NCBI RefSeq assembly: GCF_009914755.1
Contig: NC_060927.1
DNA from: the human T2T-CHM13v2.0 reference genome, Homo sapiens
DNA: 64,000 bases
Direction: 5' to 3' (one strand)
Each line of letters opens with the position of its first letter. Position 1 is the stretch's first letter. The notes below the pieces were generated by a model. The model did not search any database. It was not told the origin of the DNA and saw nothing but the letters and a program-made list of their open reading frames with translations. Below are positions 24,809 to 41,454 of the stretch, piece after piece. The position numbers and the translations under genes are program-made.

Positions 24809-26898
24809 TTTAGTATAGGTATGACAGTAGGCGATCTGGCTACATTCTGTTGCCTATTTTAGATGGGGATAGGACTGCCCCCTTGCCATTATGAATGACA
24901 GCTGTCAGCCAAAGAGAGGGCTGCGCTAGAGACTGTCAATCTGGCTCCTGGGAGAAGGGATAACACTCAGCACAGGAATGTTGTAAACACGTTAGGGAGG
25001 TCTTGCAATTCCACTTTGAAATGGAGGAACCTAAACTACAATCCATTTTCACATGAGGTCGGGTTTGTTCAGGGTGGTATGGCCATAGATAACAATCCAT
25101 TTTCAAAGGAAACAGAGGTTTTCAAAAAGCCTTTTGAATGGACTGGGCTAGTATTGTGTGATTTTTAAATTAAATTACACATGTTAAAAATGGGCGATCT
25201 AATGAAATAGAGAATAGAGGTTACTTTGAATGATAAACTAGTAGGAATAGTATTCGTGAAGTTCCAGGCAGGCTGACTTCCTTGGTGAGTTCACCGGGGT
25301 GACAGGACGAGTGTTGGAGTTGGCAAAGCAGAATTCTAATACCAGCTGGGCCATATTGGGCAGGTTGCTTGATGTCTCTGAGCCTCAGATTCCCCACTAA
25401 CAAAATGAGGCTGATAATGACACTAATATTTCTCACCTGCAGTTTGTTGTTGAGAGGATTTAAACACCAAGGGAGGATCAGTAAATGGCAGCTAAGGCTG
25501 TGCCCTAAGGGATGGCTGAGGCTTGTTCTTAACCCAGAATTCAAAATAGGCCTGCCTGACCTCAGGACAGCGCAACACAAGAGACTTGCACGTACAGAAC
25601 ATGGATGTAAAGAGGGAATCCTGGGTTATAGTTTCAGAATCCACTGTGGGGATCTTAAACCCTCTCTCTTCAGCCTTTAATAAATGATTTAATTTGCACA
25701 CTGGACAGTTCAACACTATTTTTTTTTTTTTTTTTTTTTTGCCCCAGCCTGTGAAAAGGGACGGGGTTGGGCTAAGGCAACGTTGAAACATTGCATTCCT
25801 CTGCCAGAAGCTTAAAAACCCTGCAATCAAACCCGAGGCCCTATGCGGAAACAAGTGTATCCGATGACAGCTTATTATGGACGGTTCTGAACTTCTAAGA
25901 ATTCCTTAGTAGGAGACAAACAAAATACAAAGATATCCTCCTAATTTTCTGCGACTGGGAATTTTTGTTTTTCTCTTCCTCACTTCTCCCATCCATTCTG
26001 CATGTTTGTTAAAATGTAGGCACACAGGGTCCACGGTGTGTGGTACTTGAGTGGGCAAAAGGCTAGTTCAGCTGGCCAGCGAGGCAGACAAGACGTGGTT
26101 CAACACACGCATTGCTGGGAGCTGGGACTTCTCCTTCATTAGTTAAACATGGGCATGAAGTAAAGATTTCTGGTGTGTGTGTCTGTGTGTTTTCAAACGG
26201 CAACTTCTAAGTACATAGCATGATAGGAAGAGAAGTCTGTAATCACCTCTCATGTCTGGGGTCCTGATGGGCCCAGAGCAGATTTGATTTACGTTATCTT
26301 CAAGCGGGAAACTTGTCATCCAGTCTTCATTTGCCCTTCTCTCTGGGCAGGAAAGAGCTCCATTTTTCCCGCTCCACAGAGGACATTTTATTTTTGCAGT
26401 TCTTTGAAGTGCCCTCAGAGATCTAAGCACCAGGCTGAAGGCAGCTCTGTGTATCTTTGCAACAGATTAGAACATATTCACATTTTATTTGCTCACAGAA
26501 CAAATATTTCCCTTGGAATGAGACCGAGGCAGTGGAGCAGGACCAGGCAGGACCAGCCACCAAAGACGGCCCCCAGGCCCCATGCTGGGCCTGCTCAGCG
26601 CCTGCACAATTGGTTCCACATAATTGCTTCTCCACACTCACCTCATTTAGGCCCTATAGACACATATGGGCTGATTAGTTGAGTCATTTATTGATTCAGG
26701 AATATTTGTCGAGCCTCAACAATGTACCAAACACTATGCTGGTTACAGAAATAAAGAGAGAAACACATTCTGTCCTCAAGGGGCTCCTAATCAAGTAGGG
26801 GAGAGAAGCAATGTCTGTATAGTAATGAATCAAATCAAGGTGACAAAGATAAGGCTTCAGAACCCAGGAGACAAAGTGTTTGAGGTAGGTCATTATTC

Positions 26899-28325
26899 TG
26901 TCTGTGTGTTGCGGGGTGTGTGGGCAAGGGTGAGGCATGTGGGGTGGTGTGGATATGGTGTGCATGGGCCTCTGTGTGTGTAGGTTATGTGTATGTGGTG
27001 TGTGTGGTGTGGGGAGTGTGTTTGTGTATGGGAGTGTGTATGTGTCTGTGGTGACAGTGGTGAATATGTGTGTGGGTATGGTAGTGATGGTACTAGGTGG
27101 TGTTTAGTGCGTGTCCTGTGAGAATTGTGTGTAGGTATAGGGATGTGTGTGTATAGTGGTGATGGTGGTGTGTGGTGTGGGGGGTTGTGTGTGGTGGAGA
27201 GAGTGTGTGTATGAGAGTGTGTATGTAGTGAGTGATGGTGGTGAATGTGTGTAGTGGTGATGGTGGTGTTTGTGTGGTGTGGGGTGTGTGTGTGTAGTGG
27301 TGATGGTGGTGTTTGTGTGGTGTGGGGGGTGTGTGTGTGTGGTGAGTGGTGGTGAATGTGTGTGTAGTGGTGATGGTATGTGTGGTGTGGGGGGTGTGTG
27401 TGGGGGGTGAGTGGTGGTGGTGTATGTTTGGTGTGTGTGGTGTGTGTGTGTGGTGAGTGGTGGTGAATGTGTGTGTGTAGTGGTGACGGTATGTGTGGTG
27501 TGGGGTGAGTGGTGATGGTGGTTGTGTGGTGTGTGTGTGTGTGTGTGGTGAGTGGTGGTGAATGTGTGTGTGTAGTGGTGACGGTATGTGTGGTGTGGGG
27601 TGAGTGGTGATGGTGGTTGTGTGGTGTGTGTGTGTGTGTGGTGAGGTGGTGGTAAATGTGTGTGTAGTGGTGATGGTATGTTTGTGTGGTGTGGTGTGTG
27701 TGTGTGTGGAGTGGTGGTGAATGTGTGTGTGTAGTGGTGATGGTATGTGTGGTGTGGGGGGTGTGTGTGTGTGTGGTGAGTGGTGGTGGTGAATATGTGT
27801 GTGTAGTGGTGATGGTGGTATGTTTGTGTGGTGTGTGTGTGGTGTGGGGTGTGTGTGTGTGGTGAGTGGTGGGGTGGTGGTGAATGTGTGTAGTGGTGAT
27901 GGTGGTGTTTGTGTGGTGTGGGGGGTGTTTGTGTGGTGTGGGGTGTGTGTGTGTAGTGGTGATGGTGGTGTTTGTGTGGTGTGGGGGGTGTTTGTGTGGT
28001 GTGGGGTGTGTGTGCGTGGTGAGTGGTGGTGGTGAATGTGTGTATAGTGGTGATGGTGGTGTTTGTGTGGTGCGGGGTGTGTGTGTGTAGTGGTGATGGT
28101 GGTGTTTGTGTGGTGTGGGGGGTGTTTGTGTGGTGTGGGGTGTGTGTGCGTGGTGAGTGGTGGTGGTGAATGTGTGTATAGTGGTGATGGTGGTGTTTGT
28201 GTGGTGCGGGGTGTGTGTGTGTAGTGGTGATGGTGGTGTTTGTGTGGTGTGGGGGGTGTGTGTGTGTGTGGTGTGGGGTGTGTGTGCGTGGTGAGTGGTG
28301 GTGGTGAATGTGTGTGTGGTAGTGA
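26899..28325. repeat. GT-rich complex tandem array / VNTR
   Basis: Almost only G and T on +, built from units such as GTAGTGGTGATGGTGGTGTTTGTGTGGTGTGGGG and GGTGAGTGGTGGTGAATGTG, with internal ~95-bp and ~134-bp duplications. Confidence 0.95.
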
Positions 28326-28818
28326 CGGGGCAGGCTGAGGGCTGAGCCAGAGAAGGCATGGAGATGAGACAACTCCAGAGGGTATGTAAGGGGAGGTGAG
28401 TGGTGGGAGGTGAGCTAGGAAGGCATTTTTAATGTTGACCCATACTCTCTAATCAAGACAATGACAGTTTTGCAGCTGTTCCTCTTCCTAAGCTCATGTG
28501 AGGATTTTGGGTTAGAATCACTGTGTTCTTCTCCGCAGGCCGAAGCTCCCTAGCGCTGGGGCCTCCACTCTGGGAAGGGCCCTGTGGGTGAATCTCTGAG
28601 CGTTTACTGGGCTCCTTCTCTACCTGGGCTGCCGCACCCAGAACAGTTCTTAGAGTTTCCAGCCTCCTGAGCTCGCGGAATAGCAAAGGTGGGTTCTACT
28701 GGACTTGGGGCAGAGGAGGTCTAAATGTGAGAATCCCTGAGGCAAATGTTAGAAGAAAGGGCAGTGCGGCCGGGCAGGGGATCTCCAGCTCTCTCACAAT
28801 GCATGGCTGCCCTGGCTA

Positions 28819-29239
<421 letters not shown>

Positions 29240-29612
29240 TTACTGGATAGGGTCAAAGCTGCCTCATGATTAAGTGTTGGCCAGATAAGAATGATTTATT
29301 TCCACTTTACTAGACAGGGACTGGAAACACAGAAAGTCTAAAGATTGCAAGATACTAGTCATGTTGTCTCAGGTCATTTTCGTGGTTACCTGTGAGGTAA
29401 AGGTTTTCTGGTATCGTCCCCATTTTACAAATGGGGAAATTAGGGCTGAGAGAGGTAAAGTCACTAGCACAAAACCACTCAAGCTTTTCCGTGAGTTCCT
29501 CATCACTGATTGTCTAACTGAAATTTGAACCCAAGTCTTTTTGGCACCAAAGACCATGTTTTTTTCATAATGCTTCCTGAAGTTTATGAGGCAGCATGGT
29601 TTGGCTAAATGA

Positions 29613-29933
<321 letters not shown>

Positions 29934-30219
29934 TGATGGTGGGTTTTATCGTTGCATAGGAATAGGTTTAAACCCAAGTTCTCCTCCGTGCTGGTTAGGT
30001 GCGTGACCTTGCATTCTTTCCTTCCTTGCTCCCTTGTGAAGTGTTAATTGAGGCCTATTATATCCGTGTCAAGCACTCTGCTGGGGTCTGGGAAGATACC
30101 AGGTAACTTCACAGTCCTTGCCCATCCAAGGCTTCCAGCCGGATGAATAATTCAGACAATGAAATAGGCAAGTACAATGTAGTTTGAGAAGTGCTATGAT
30201 GGGAAGCCTCAGGTGCTCT

Positions 30220-30845
<626 letters not shown>

Positions 30846-31665
30846 GTGGAAGAATAAAAGCATGCAGACATTTCCTATCTTAATGCAACAACCAAAGAAC
30901 ATTTATCCTGTGACCTCCCCAGGAAGGCACACAAGAGATGCTTAGCAAGTAGGAGCTTCTTTCCCTCCACACATGGTTTAAGAGGCTGTTGTTTATTGTG
31001 GAACCCTCAGTCCTCTGGTACTGTGGAGAAGGTATCAGGTGACATGGCTGCAGAGCTTGTTCCTCCCCCTCGAGGATTCCTTTGGGTCCTATATCTTGAG
31101 AAGTAGCTGTCGTAACCCATCTCCCCATGCCCCCCGAAAAACCCATGGCTGACAGATGAAATAAATGTTGCTTGTTGCCATGGCCCCTAGGTATCTTTGC
31201 TTTTCTTTATTTTAGCAAAAGGAAGTCATGTTAAATATTTCAGGAGAGTCTGATTTTCAGTATCTTCATTGGATTGAAAAAGACAAGGCACATTGGGTTA
31301 ATGATAAGGCCTTATCTGCCCATTAGATTCATAGAACTGGGAAGGGTCTTGGGAATTGACTAGTCCCACTTCTGACCCTCCTTCTCAGAAAGTGAAGCTC
31401 ACAGAGGCTAAGGGGCTTGCCTAGGGTAACAGAGCCAACCAAGGTTCTCAGCGACTGGAACCCAGTCTTTCCATCCCCCCCTTCCACATGCAGCCGTCAT
31501 TCCGCCCTGCCCATTCTTTTCTAAGATGCTCCCTTTTCTGCTCCTCTCGCCCAAAGTCTCCTCCTGTTTTGTGCCCCATCCTCTTCTGCTGCCTTCTCTC
31601 TCTCTGACCCGGTGTCTTTTCTTTAATACAACAGACAACAGAAACAGGTGTCAAAAAGAGATAGG

Positions 31666-32095
<430 letters not shown>

Positions 32096-32098
32096 TCA

Positions 32099-32394
<296 letters not shown>

Positions 32395-32619
32395 GACCAT
32401 GGTTCAGGTGAAAAGGCAGCCTGGGTGTGTTTGGAGGAGCATGGATTTGGAATCACAGGCTCAGGGCTTGAGGGCTGGCCATGAGGCCTTGGAAAACCAT
32501 AGTTTCCTCCTCTTCAGTCAACTTCACCGGGTTGTTGTGAGCGGCAAATAGGAGCATGTTTCTGAAATGGTTTTGTCATCTCTGAGACGTCATACCAGTG
32601 GTGGTTATTATCATTCCTA

Positions 32620-33170
32620 CGAGGCTTGGAGATGTTGTTGGCTATGAGAGCAGGATGAAATAGCAGAGTGATATGGTTGCCAAAGAAAGCTAATGTGGTA
32701 TCGACAGCAAGGGATGCGACTCTCCACTTGACCATCCGTTTCTGGGGCATTATGCTGTGTTCAGTTCCGGGAATTGCCTTTTAAAAGGAACTTTGGCAAA
32801 CTGTTGTTGTTCCAGAGAAAATCGCAAGAATAGCTTAGGGTTTGAGAGTTATGACATATAAGGGATGATTTAAGGATTTGGAGGATGTTTAGTCTGGAGG
32901 AAAAAAAAAATAAAGACTTAGCTAGAATGAGGTAGCTCTTTCCAAATATCTGCAAGTTGTCCTGCAGAAGAGAGGAAAGATTCATTCTGTGTTGCTAGTG
33001 GCCAAGCCAGGGCCCAATGATGGGAGTTAATAGGAGGCAGATTTGGATGCCATTGGAGCCTATCTAAAACTCAGACAGTTGTTCCCAGATGGACTTCCTG
33101 GGAAAGTGGTGAACTGTCCATAAGTGGAAGTCTTCAAGCAAAGGGGGCTGTTTCTGGGGACAGGGTGCTG
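32620..33170 (+). mobile_element. L3/CR1 LINE 3' fragment
   Basis: gctgtgttcagttccggg...gttccagaga...ggatgtttagtctggag...ggaagtcttcaagca resembles the CR1/L3 ORF2 end. Confidence 0.65.
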
Positions 33171-34537
33171 TGAAGAGAAGTCCTGCTCTGGCTGAGAGGT
33201 TGAACCAAGTGTTCTCTGTAATCCCGCCAATTCTGAGACCACGATTGTCTGCTTCTGCTCTCTCTGATCTTTCTTGCTGATCTGCTTCCTTCACCGTTTT
33301 TGATGCCTTTGTTGACTGTCTGCTCCTTCTGAGAATGCTTTAAGGTTTTAGATTCAGAAATATTTCTGTAATCATTGATAGTCCAGTGTAACGGAAAGTA
33401 GGAAGGAGGAACATTTAAGAACAAAGGCAGTGTTGTTACTTTGATGGACACACAGTAACCTGTTAAGTGGGGGTAGAAGCAGAAACATGGTGGTGTGTGT
33501 TAGGGAGTCTTGTAAATACTACAGCAAACGAATAGGCATCTCTTATTCTTAGCTATTGTTTAAAATGCAAACACAACTGCTAAAGACCTTTGTTCTTGAA
33601 TGGACCAGCATTTTCCTTGTTTATACAATTCTTTTGTTAGCTACAGAGATTCAAGAAAATTCTCACTATAAGAATTCTAGATCATAAACTGCTTTCCAGA
33701 CTCATAATGTAAGTGCTTTGCTGATTTGGTTATATCAAATTCTGTACAGGAGGTGTTTTCATGATTTCTCGACTTCAGAAAAGCCATTTTCTTGAGGAAA
33801 ATATTTTTCACGCATAGTTAGTGTTGCAGCTGGGAGAGTAAGAGGCTAGCTGAATCTCTGCAGTTGAGTGGGCAGCTGAGCTATTTCCAGGATTTTGTTC
33901 TGCCCCCAAGTAGCAATTATGCATCTGTCTCACAGTGCTCCACCTCAGACATCCCAACCATTATTTCAGAAACCTCCACCTAGACTCGAAGGCACAAAAT
34001 AGAACTCAGCAGATCCAGGTGGAAGGAGGAGGGAATGGGTAGGAATGAGTAACATTTTGGTCAGATTCCCTGAGGTCAGAGTCCTCGCCCAGTCCCGAGG
34101 ATGACAGCAGAGACATGGAGAAAACTGTGGATCAGGGCGTGAGTTCCAATGCTTTGGGAGCCTTGTTGGTCCACTGTGGCAGGAAGAGCCTAGAGAGACA
34201 ACAGTAATGGTTCTTCAGATCTGGGGGACTGGCCAGTTGGGCCAGGCTGGGCAGGGTGGTGGGGTGCTGAAGAGGCAGCAGCAATCTGTAGGAGCTGCAG
34301 CGTCCATAGTCATCCTGTGAGACTGCTGCCCTATTGCAGACCCAGTCTCTGAGGCTGCTGTGTTGAACCCACATCCTGTTGCCTTAGCTCCACCTTGGTG
34401 TGCCCTTGAACCCTGGGCTCAGGACAGCTTCAGCCTGGAGACCAGCAGGTGGATTTGCTCTTGGATCTACATTCTGGAGAGAGGGACCAGCCAACTCTGA
34501 TTGAAGCCCAGCCCACAGCCTTACTCCCCACTCATTC

Positions 34538-34830
<293 letters not shown>

Positions 34831-35035
34831 CCCACTCATTCTTTTATTCCAGACCTGCTTCCTCACCAGTCTCTTATGTCTAGGGGTTCTCTTCTATAAG
34901 CTCTGGTTTCTGAGCTTATAGAAGTCTGGGAAAATGGAGTCTGGGAATGGAAGGGACTTCTTACCGAGTCATTTTAAAATGCTGACTTGTCTCTGTCCTT
35001 CCAAAGTAGTCCTGCTGTCCCTGCATGGAGTGATG

Positions 35036-35200
35036 CAATGGTTCTCAAACTTCTGTGGGCATGAGACAGCCCCAGCTTTTAAAATACCAGATGTCAGAGG
35101 CCCATTCTCAGACATCATGATGAGGGAGAGCTGGGTGGGCCCTGGAAATCTGGAGCCCAGGTGTTTCTGATGCAAGCAGTCCCACACTTAGAGAAACATT
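35036..35200. mobile_element. MER5-family DNA transposon
   Basis: Termini caatggttctcaaact...cacttagagaaacatt. Confidence 0.6.
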
Positions 35201-35377
35201 AGAGGAAAGAACATGAATTTTGGGGTCTGAGAGAGACAGAACTGGGTTACTTATTGTGTTATGTGTTGAGCAAGTTAATCACCATTTTTGAGCCTCCTGT
35301 TTCATTATCTATAAAATGCTGACCACGTCTCAGGGGAGACGTCGGTGTGAAGATGTATATAAAGTGTTTAGCTGGGG

Positions 35378-35620
35378 CTTTTAAAAAATTTTATTTTACT
35401 TTAAGTTCTGGGATACATGTGCAGAATGTGCGGGTTTGTTACATAGGTATACATGTGTCATGATGGTTAGCTGCACCTATCAACCCGTCATCTAGGTTTT
35501 AAGCCCCACAGGCAGGGGTATTTTTCCTAATGCTCTCCCTCTCCTTGCCCCCCACCACTCAACAGGCCCCAATGTGTGATATTCCCCTCCCTGTGTCCAC
35601 GTGTTCTCATTGTTCAACTC
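35378..35620 (-). mobile_element. 5'-truncated primate L1 (L1PA-type) 3' end
   Basis: actttaagttctgggatacatgtgcagaa...ccctccctgtgtccacgtgttctcattgttcaactc; TSD-like ctgg(g/a)gctt. Confidence 0.9.
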
Positions 35621-38210
35621 TCTGGAGCTTATTAAATAGGGCTTTTGGCTCTCTCTCCCCCTCCTTCAACACCAGGAAATTGGCAACAGAGAATTTCAAC
35701 CCCTCCTAAACCTGACACATCAGTGGTGCCTCTCTAGCAGCGTGCACCTGTGGAATGGTCACAGAAGTGTCTGGAGGAGCACGTACATCCCCAGAGCATG
35801 AATGGCCAATCCTGATTTCACAAGCAATGGCATGAAATGACCAGGAGGTCAGAGGTCAGCCACCTGCTGTCATTTTTATTTGCAGTAAACCACAGAGTCA
35901 GGACATACACATATACAGTGCATTACAGAGCAAGTCCACGGCACTCTATGCAGGCAGATGAGCAGTCTCGAGCAGGCGACCACTGTTACAGAATAACACA
36001 TCTAGGGTGGGGGAGGCAGTGGAAGTGGAAGAGCAAGAAAGGAAGGATCTGGATCCTGGTCCTGTGCTTTTAGTTAGCTACTGCCCCAATCATGGCTGGT
36101 AAAGTCTGCATTTCTGCACTGCAATGGAGGTGTGTTAGGACCTTTAGCTTCAACCTGTGCCCAGGGTCATCCCTAAACACTGAGGTTTAGCTGAGTTCCG
36201 TAAGTGGAAGCAGTGCTTCTCCACTGTGGGACTGAATTCTCTCCCAGCACACTGGCAATTCAAGAGGGCAAAAGAGGTTTGATACATGGAAGGGAAAATA
36301 CTTATATTTCAGGGTTCCTGTATGTGTCTGTGTCAGTGTATGTGTATGGGTGTGTGTAGAGGTAGAGAGCTTACCTAAGAGTTTCTTTGTAGTGTTTCTT
36401 TCATGTTGGATGCCCCCCACCCCCAAATTAGCTGATTTCTGAGCATGATCAGTCAATGAGGGAAGGAAAGTAGATTCTTGGCAGAGGGGCTAGGAGTGGC
36501 CCTCCTGGGTCAGCAGGGCTTGGAGAAACCTTGGGCCTGGTGGGAGACCCATGAGGACAAAGACCCTACCTCCTCTCCTATGGCTGTGGCATTTACCCAA
36601 AGTGAAGCAAGATCGCTACAGCAGGAAGGTCGTTAGAGCACCCCCTTGTTTGACAGATACAGAAAAACAGGTCCCAGAAGCCTATAGGGCGTGTTCAAGA
36701 CCCTGTAAATGAGACAGGACTGAAGCCCACTCCGTGTGCTGCTCTTGTTTTCCCAGGCAGGGTTTCGGGCCTTATCCTAACATGGGATGTGGAATGATTC
36801 CCTTCCACAGCAGCCTCTATGGAGCATTTGCCAGACTTCCCCAAGATAGAAGGTTCTTACTTGTTTTCTACAGAGAGAGAAAATCATCCATCAGGAACCC
36901 CTTAGCAAGTGGTTTCTTGGAATTATGACTGTTTGCTAATAATAACACTTTCTCTGAGATACCCACCGAACTTTGAGGTTGATGGTACAGAGAAGCATAA
37001 AGGCATAAAACTTCTTCCCATTCTATGGAAGAGGACAGCTGTGCTGTAAGCTGGGTCAGCAACTTGCTGTAAATCCTCTTCTCTTTAGTTGAGTTGTCTG
37101 CCTCTTGCCATCTGAAGAAGGCAGAAAGAAAATGTGGCACGTTTTGAAATCTGCCTCCTTGTCAAGCGACCCACACACTAGACCACACTGTCTCTATTAA
37201 GACCGTAGACTACCTCAGCAGGTTAGCACAGACCAAAAAGGGCATCAGGCCCTGTCCAGGTGAACACCTGCCTTGCCTCCTATCCAGGGTCCTGGGAGAG
37301 TTGCTTTGAAGGAATTTTTTATATGCTGATGGAAGAACCAGTACTGAATGACCGCCATCTGTTATTCAGCTGTAATCAGCAGAGACAGACTTTGTGCTAT
37401 GCTGGCTGCCAACTCTGCATAAAAGGTTGGACTTGATAACATCTAAGGAAGGGCCTTTCCAACCTAAGGGGGCTATGATTTTAGAACTCCTTGCTCGTGG
37501 ACTGTTCATGTTAATTGAGATAGTTTGTTAGAAACTGTGAGTCCAGTAGGGTCGTGCTTGTTGGTTTTTTGCTATTTGTTCTGTCTTTGTTAATTTTACA
37601 GAAGCCCAATCCAGCTAACTGCCATAGCCTCTAGTCCATTCTGTGTTCCTGGATCTGGTTTTACATTGAAACTGTGGTTGTTATGGCCTGGGATGTTCCA
37701 CTATGTCACTATGGGTTAAACTTCCCCACAGTTCTCTCTCACAAAGGTGCTTTATGTCTGTGATGTGACTCAAGAGGTAAAGAGAAAAAGGAGAGTAGTA
37801 TTGAACAGAGGGGTTTAAGTTAGACGTTGAGGCCATTTTTTAATGGAAGAAGTTGTGAGATGCTGGAGTGCATCCTGAAATTGGGCTTGGAGTATGCCCT
37901 CTGATCTTTCCTGGGCCTTTTAAGCACAGGTTTGCCTGGAGGTAACAAAGTGGGCAGATGGCCCCTTAAAACCCTTTTCTAATCCTCTGATTTTATGTAT
38001 GAACATTCTAAAAATAGAACCATGCTGGGGTGGGGGAGGGTGCAGAGAGTGAAGAAAAATATGAAAATAAAAGAAAAAAGCTGAAGAAGCAGACTCTGGG
38101 TGTGGGTAGAGGTTGAGAAAAGCAGAATGTGATGGGAAAAGATGGAGAAAAAGTAATAGAACTGCATTGCGACATATTAAGAGATTAGGGTGCAGTGCCT
38201 GACAGATTGA

Positions 38211-38849
<639 letters not shown>

Positions 38850-39587
38850 CAGACAGACATTCTTTAAAAACAAAATATTCACTGATGAATCCATTAGTAA
38901 GTGTGTGAATCACCCTATCCAGCCCCATTTTACATGTAGGGAAAGTGAGCCGTAATATGACTTGCCCACATCCCTATTGCCAGTTGGTATGAAGGGAGCA
39001 CCAGAATTGGCCTTGCGAGAGAAGTCCAGTGCTGAGTGGAGGGAGATGAGCACATTTCCCTGGACGAGGATGTGTGGGTAGGAAGTGCCCTCAGGATGTG
39101 GCTTCGAAGCTCAGGAAAGAGAATGAGAATGGCCACAGCTAAGGCCTGCGTCTTCCTTCCCTGGCCCTGCCTCAGAGCCCCAGGCCTGGAGTGACTGACG
39201 CGGCAGAAGGGAGCCGGGCACGGCAAAGGGCCTCATGCGTTTCCTTTCCTTTCGTCAGTGGCAGTAGGAGAAACAAATCCTGTCATACAACCGTCCCTTC
39301 TCCTCTTGGGAGCCATGCAAAATATCCACTGAATTTGAAAGTTGGGTTCATGAATGGCTTTTCCTTGCTTTTTCTCTTTCCTCGTTTCTCTGAGTTCCTG
39401 AGTGTGGTTTCCAAAAGTTTCTCTTCTCCTTTAAGAAAATGGAGTCTGGGAATGGATGGGACTTCTCACCAAGTCAGTCGGAGGCAGGATGGATTTCTTG
39501 CAGATGACCTACCTTTGAGACTATCTGACAGATTTCCCTAAATGTCCTTTTATTTCCCCTTTGGGGGAAGATGGGAATTCTCATCGA

Positions 39588-39666
39588 TTAGGTTGGTGCA
39601 AAGGTAATTACAGTTTTTGCCATTAAGAGTATAAGCAAAACAGCAATTACTTTTGCTCCAACCTAA
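39588..39666. mobile_element. MADE1 (Hsmar1-derived MITE)
   Basis: ttaggttggtgcaaaggtaatt...aattacttttgctccaacctaa, a ~80-bp palindrome of mariner TIRs. Confidence 0.9.
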
Positions 39667-41091
39667 TATTTTGTCTTTCCCTCTGCCCTAGTCCCTGCTC
39701 ACAAACATCTCAGAAAGGACCTTCGAGCTGGAGTCCTCCGAAATGTCACACAGGCGTGGCCCCCAGCTCCCACTCTGTTTCTATCCTTGCTCCCCTGTGG
39801 TAACCCACAGCGGTGTGGCCCCATCACAGAAAACAGCCGAGTGAAGGGGGCTCAGCACATTCAAGTGAGCTTTGTCTTTGGAATTCTTATTTTCCCCCTT
39901 AGGAAGTTGGGCCACTTTTAATCACTGGGAAATAGGAAGAAACTTTGTGCTTCCTCTTTCCTACTACAAAACGACTGATGAACAGTAGTACAAATAGGTC
40001 TCTCTGTTCTGAGGAGATAGAGAAACAAAAAGTCATGTTGCCTAGGCGAGGCAAGCACAAGTGTGCAGAGACCTAGCCCAGCATCCATCTCTGGGAAGGC
40101 CTGCCAAGAGCTCTTATATAAGCTGCAGTGAGCTCATGTGTTTGATCAGCAGATCCTGGGCTTCAGGGCCAGGGGTTAGGCTGGAGGAGGGAGCTTAGAA
40201 GAGATTGTGTTCTTCCAAAGAGGGGGCGATCTGGGAAGAAAACATGTTCCTACACTCAGAATGATGGAGGCAATTTTCATCTCTGTGCCGTCAACATAGA
40301 CTTCCTTTTCTTCTGGTGTCAGTGTCAGGAGAAGAGAAGGTGATGCTTGGTGTTATGAACTCCATGGTGTGAGGAAAGGGGTGGCGAAGGGAGGGGTGGT
40401 GTTTAATGATTCAAAGGCGGGCAGATGCGCACTTGGGGTATGGATAAGAAAGCTTTCCTCTCGATGTGTAGGAAGTCAGGTAGGTGCCCGTGTAGCTCCA
40501 CCGTGCACAGGCTGGGAATCTATCAGGCCTTGGTTTCTAGTTGTTACTTCTCCCTTAGGCTGTGCTTAAAATGGGAAACACGTTTCGTTCATTGACTGAG
40601 ACAGGCTGAATATTCTGGCACCTGCTATCACTCATTTTTGCCTGCTTTTCTTTGGTTTGGCGGAATCACTGAGCTGGTAGACCTTTGCACCACCCACCTT
40701 GCCCACCATCTTGTCCGGAACATGTGCAGTCAGCCCATCCTGATCCCAGCAGCTACGCACAGAGCAAGTGGAATGATACCTGCTTTCCATACATTTTGCC
40801 TATTGAAAAATTCTCTCTTACCCTGCATAAATGAGCCAAAGCTTTTCAACCAGGCTTCCCAGATGTTCTCTCGGGGGTTGACACACTTCCAGATCAGTCC
40901 TGCCCTAGTGGAGGGGAGTATCTGTACATCACAGCAGCCTATCCACTCCCTGAGTCTAGCTTCCTATTCTTCACGTGATGGCACAATAACTAAAACTGTT
41001 TTTTAGCTGAATAAATAAATCTGCAGACATGGTGTTCTATTGTTTTACCTGTTCAAAATAATATTGTGCCCAACCACTCTGTAACTACTAA

Positions 41092-41454
<363 letters not shown>

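Noticed and set aside
26893-28372. 488-aa and 422-aa His/Thr/Pro-rich minus-strand ORFs
   Set aside because: They are translations of the CA-rich strand of the tandem array, which lacks stops by composition and is open in several frames.
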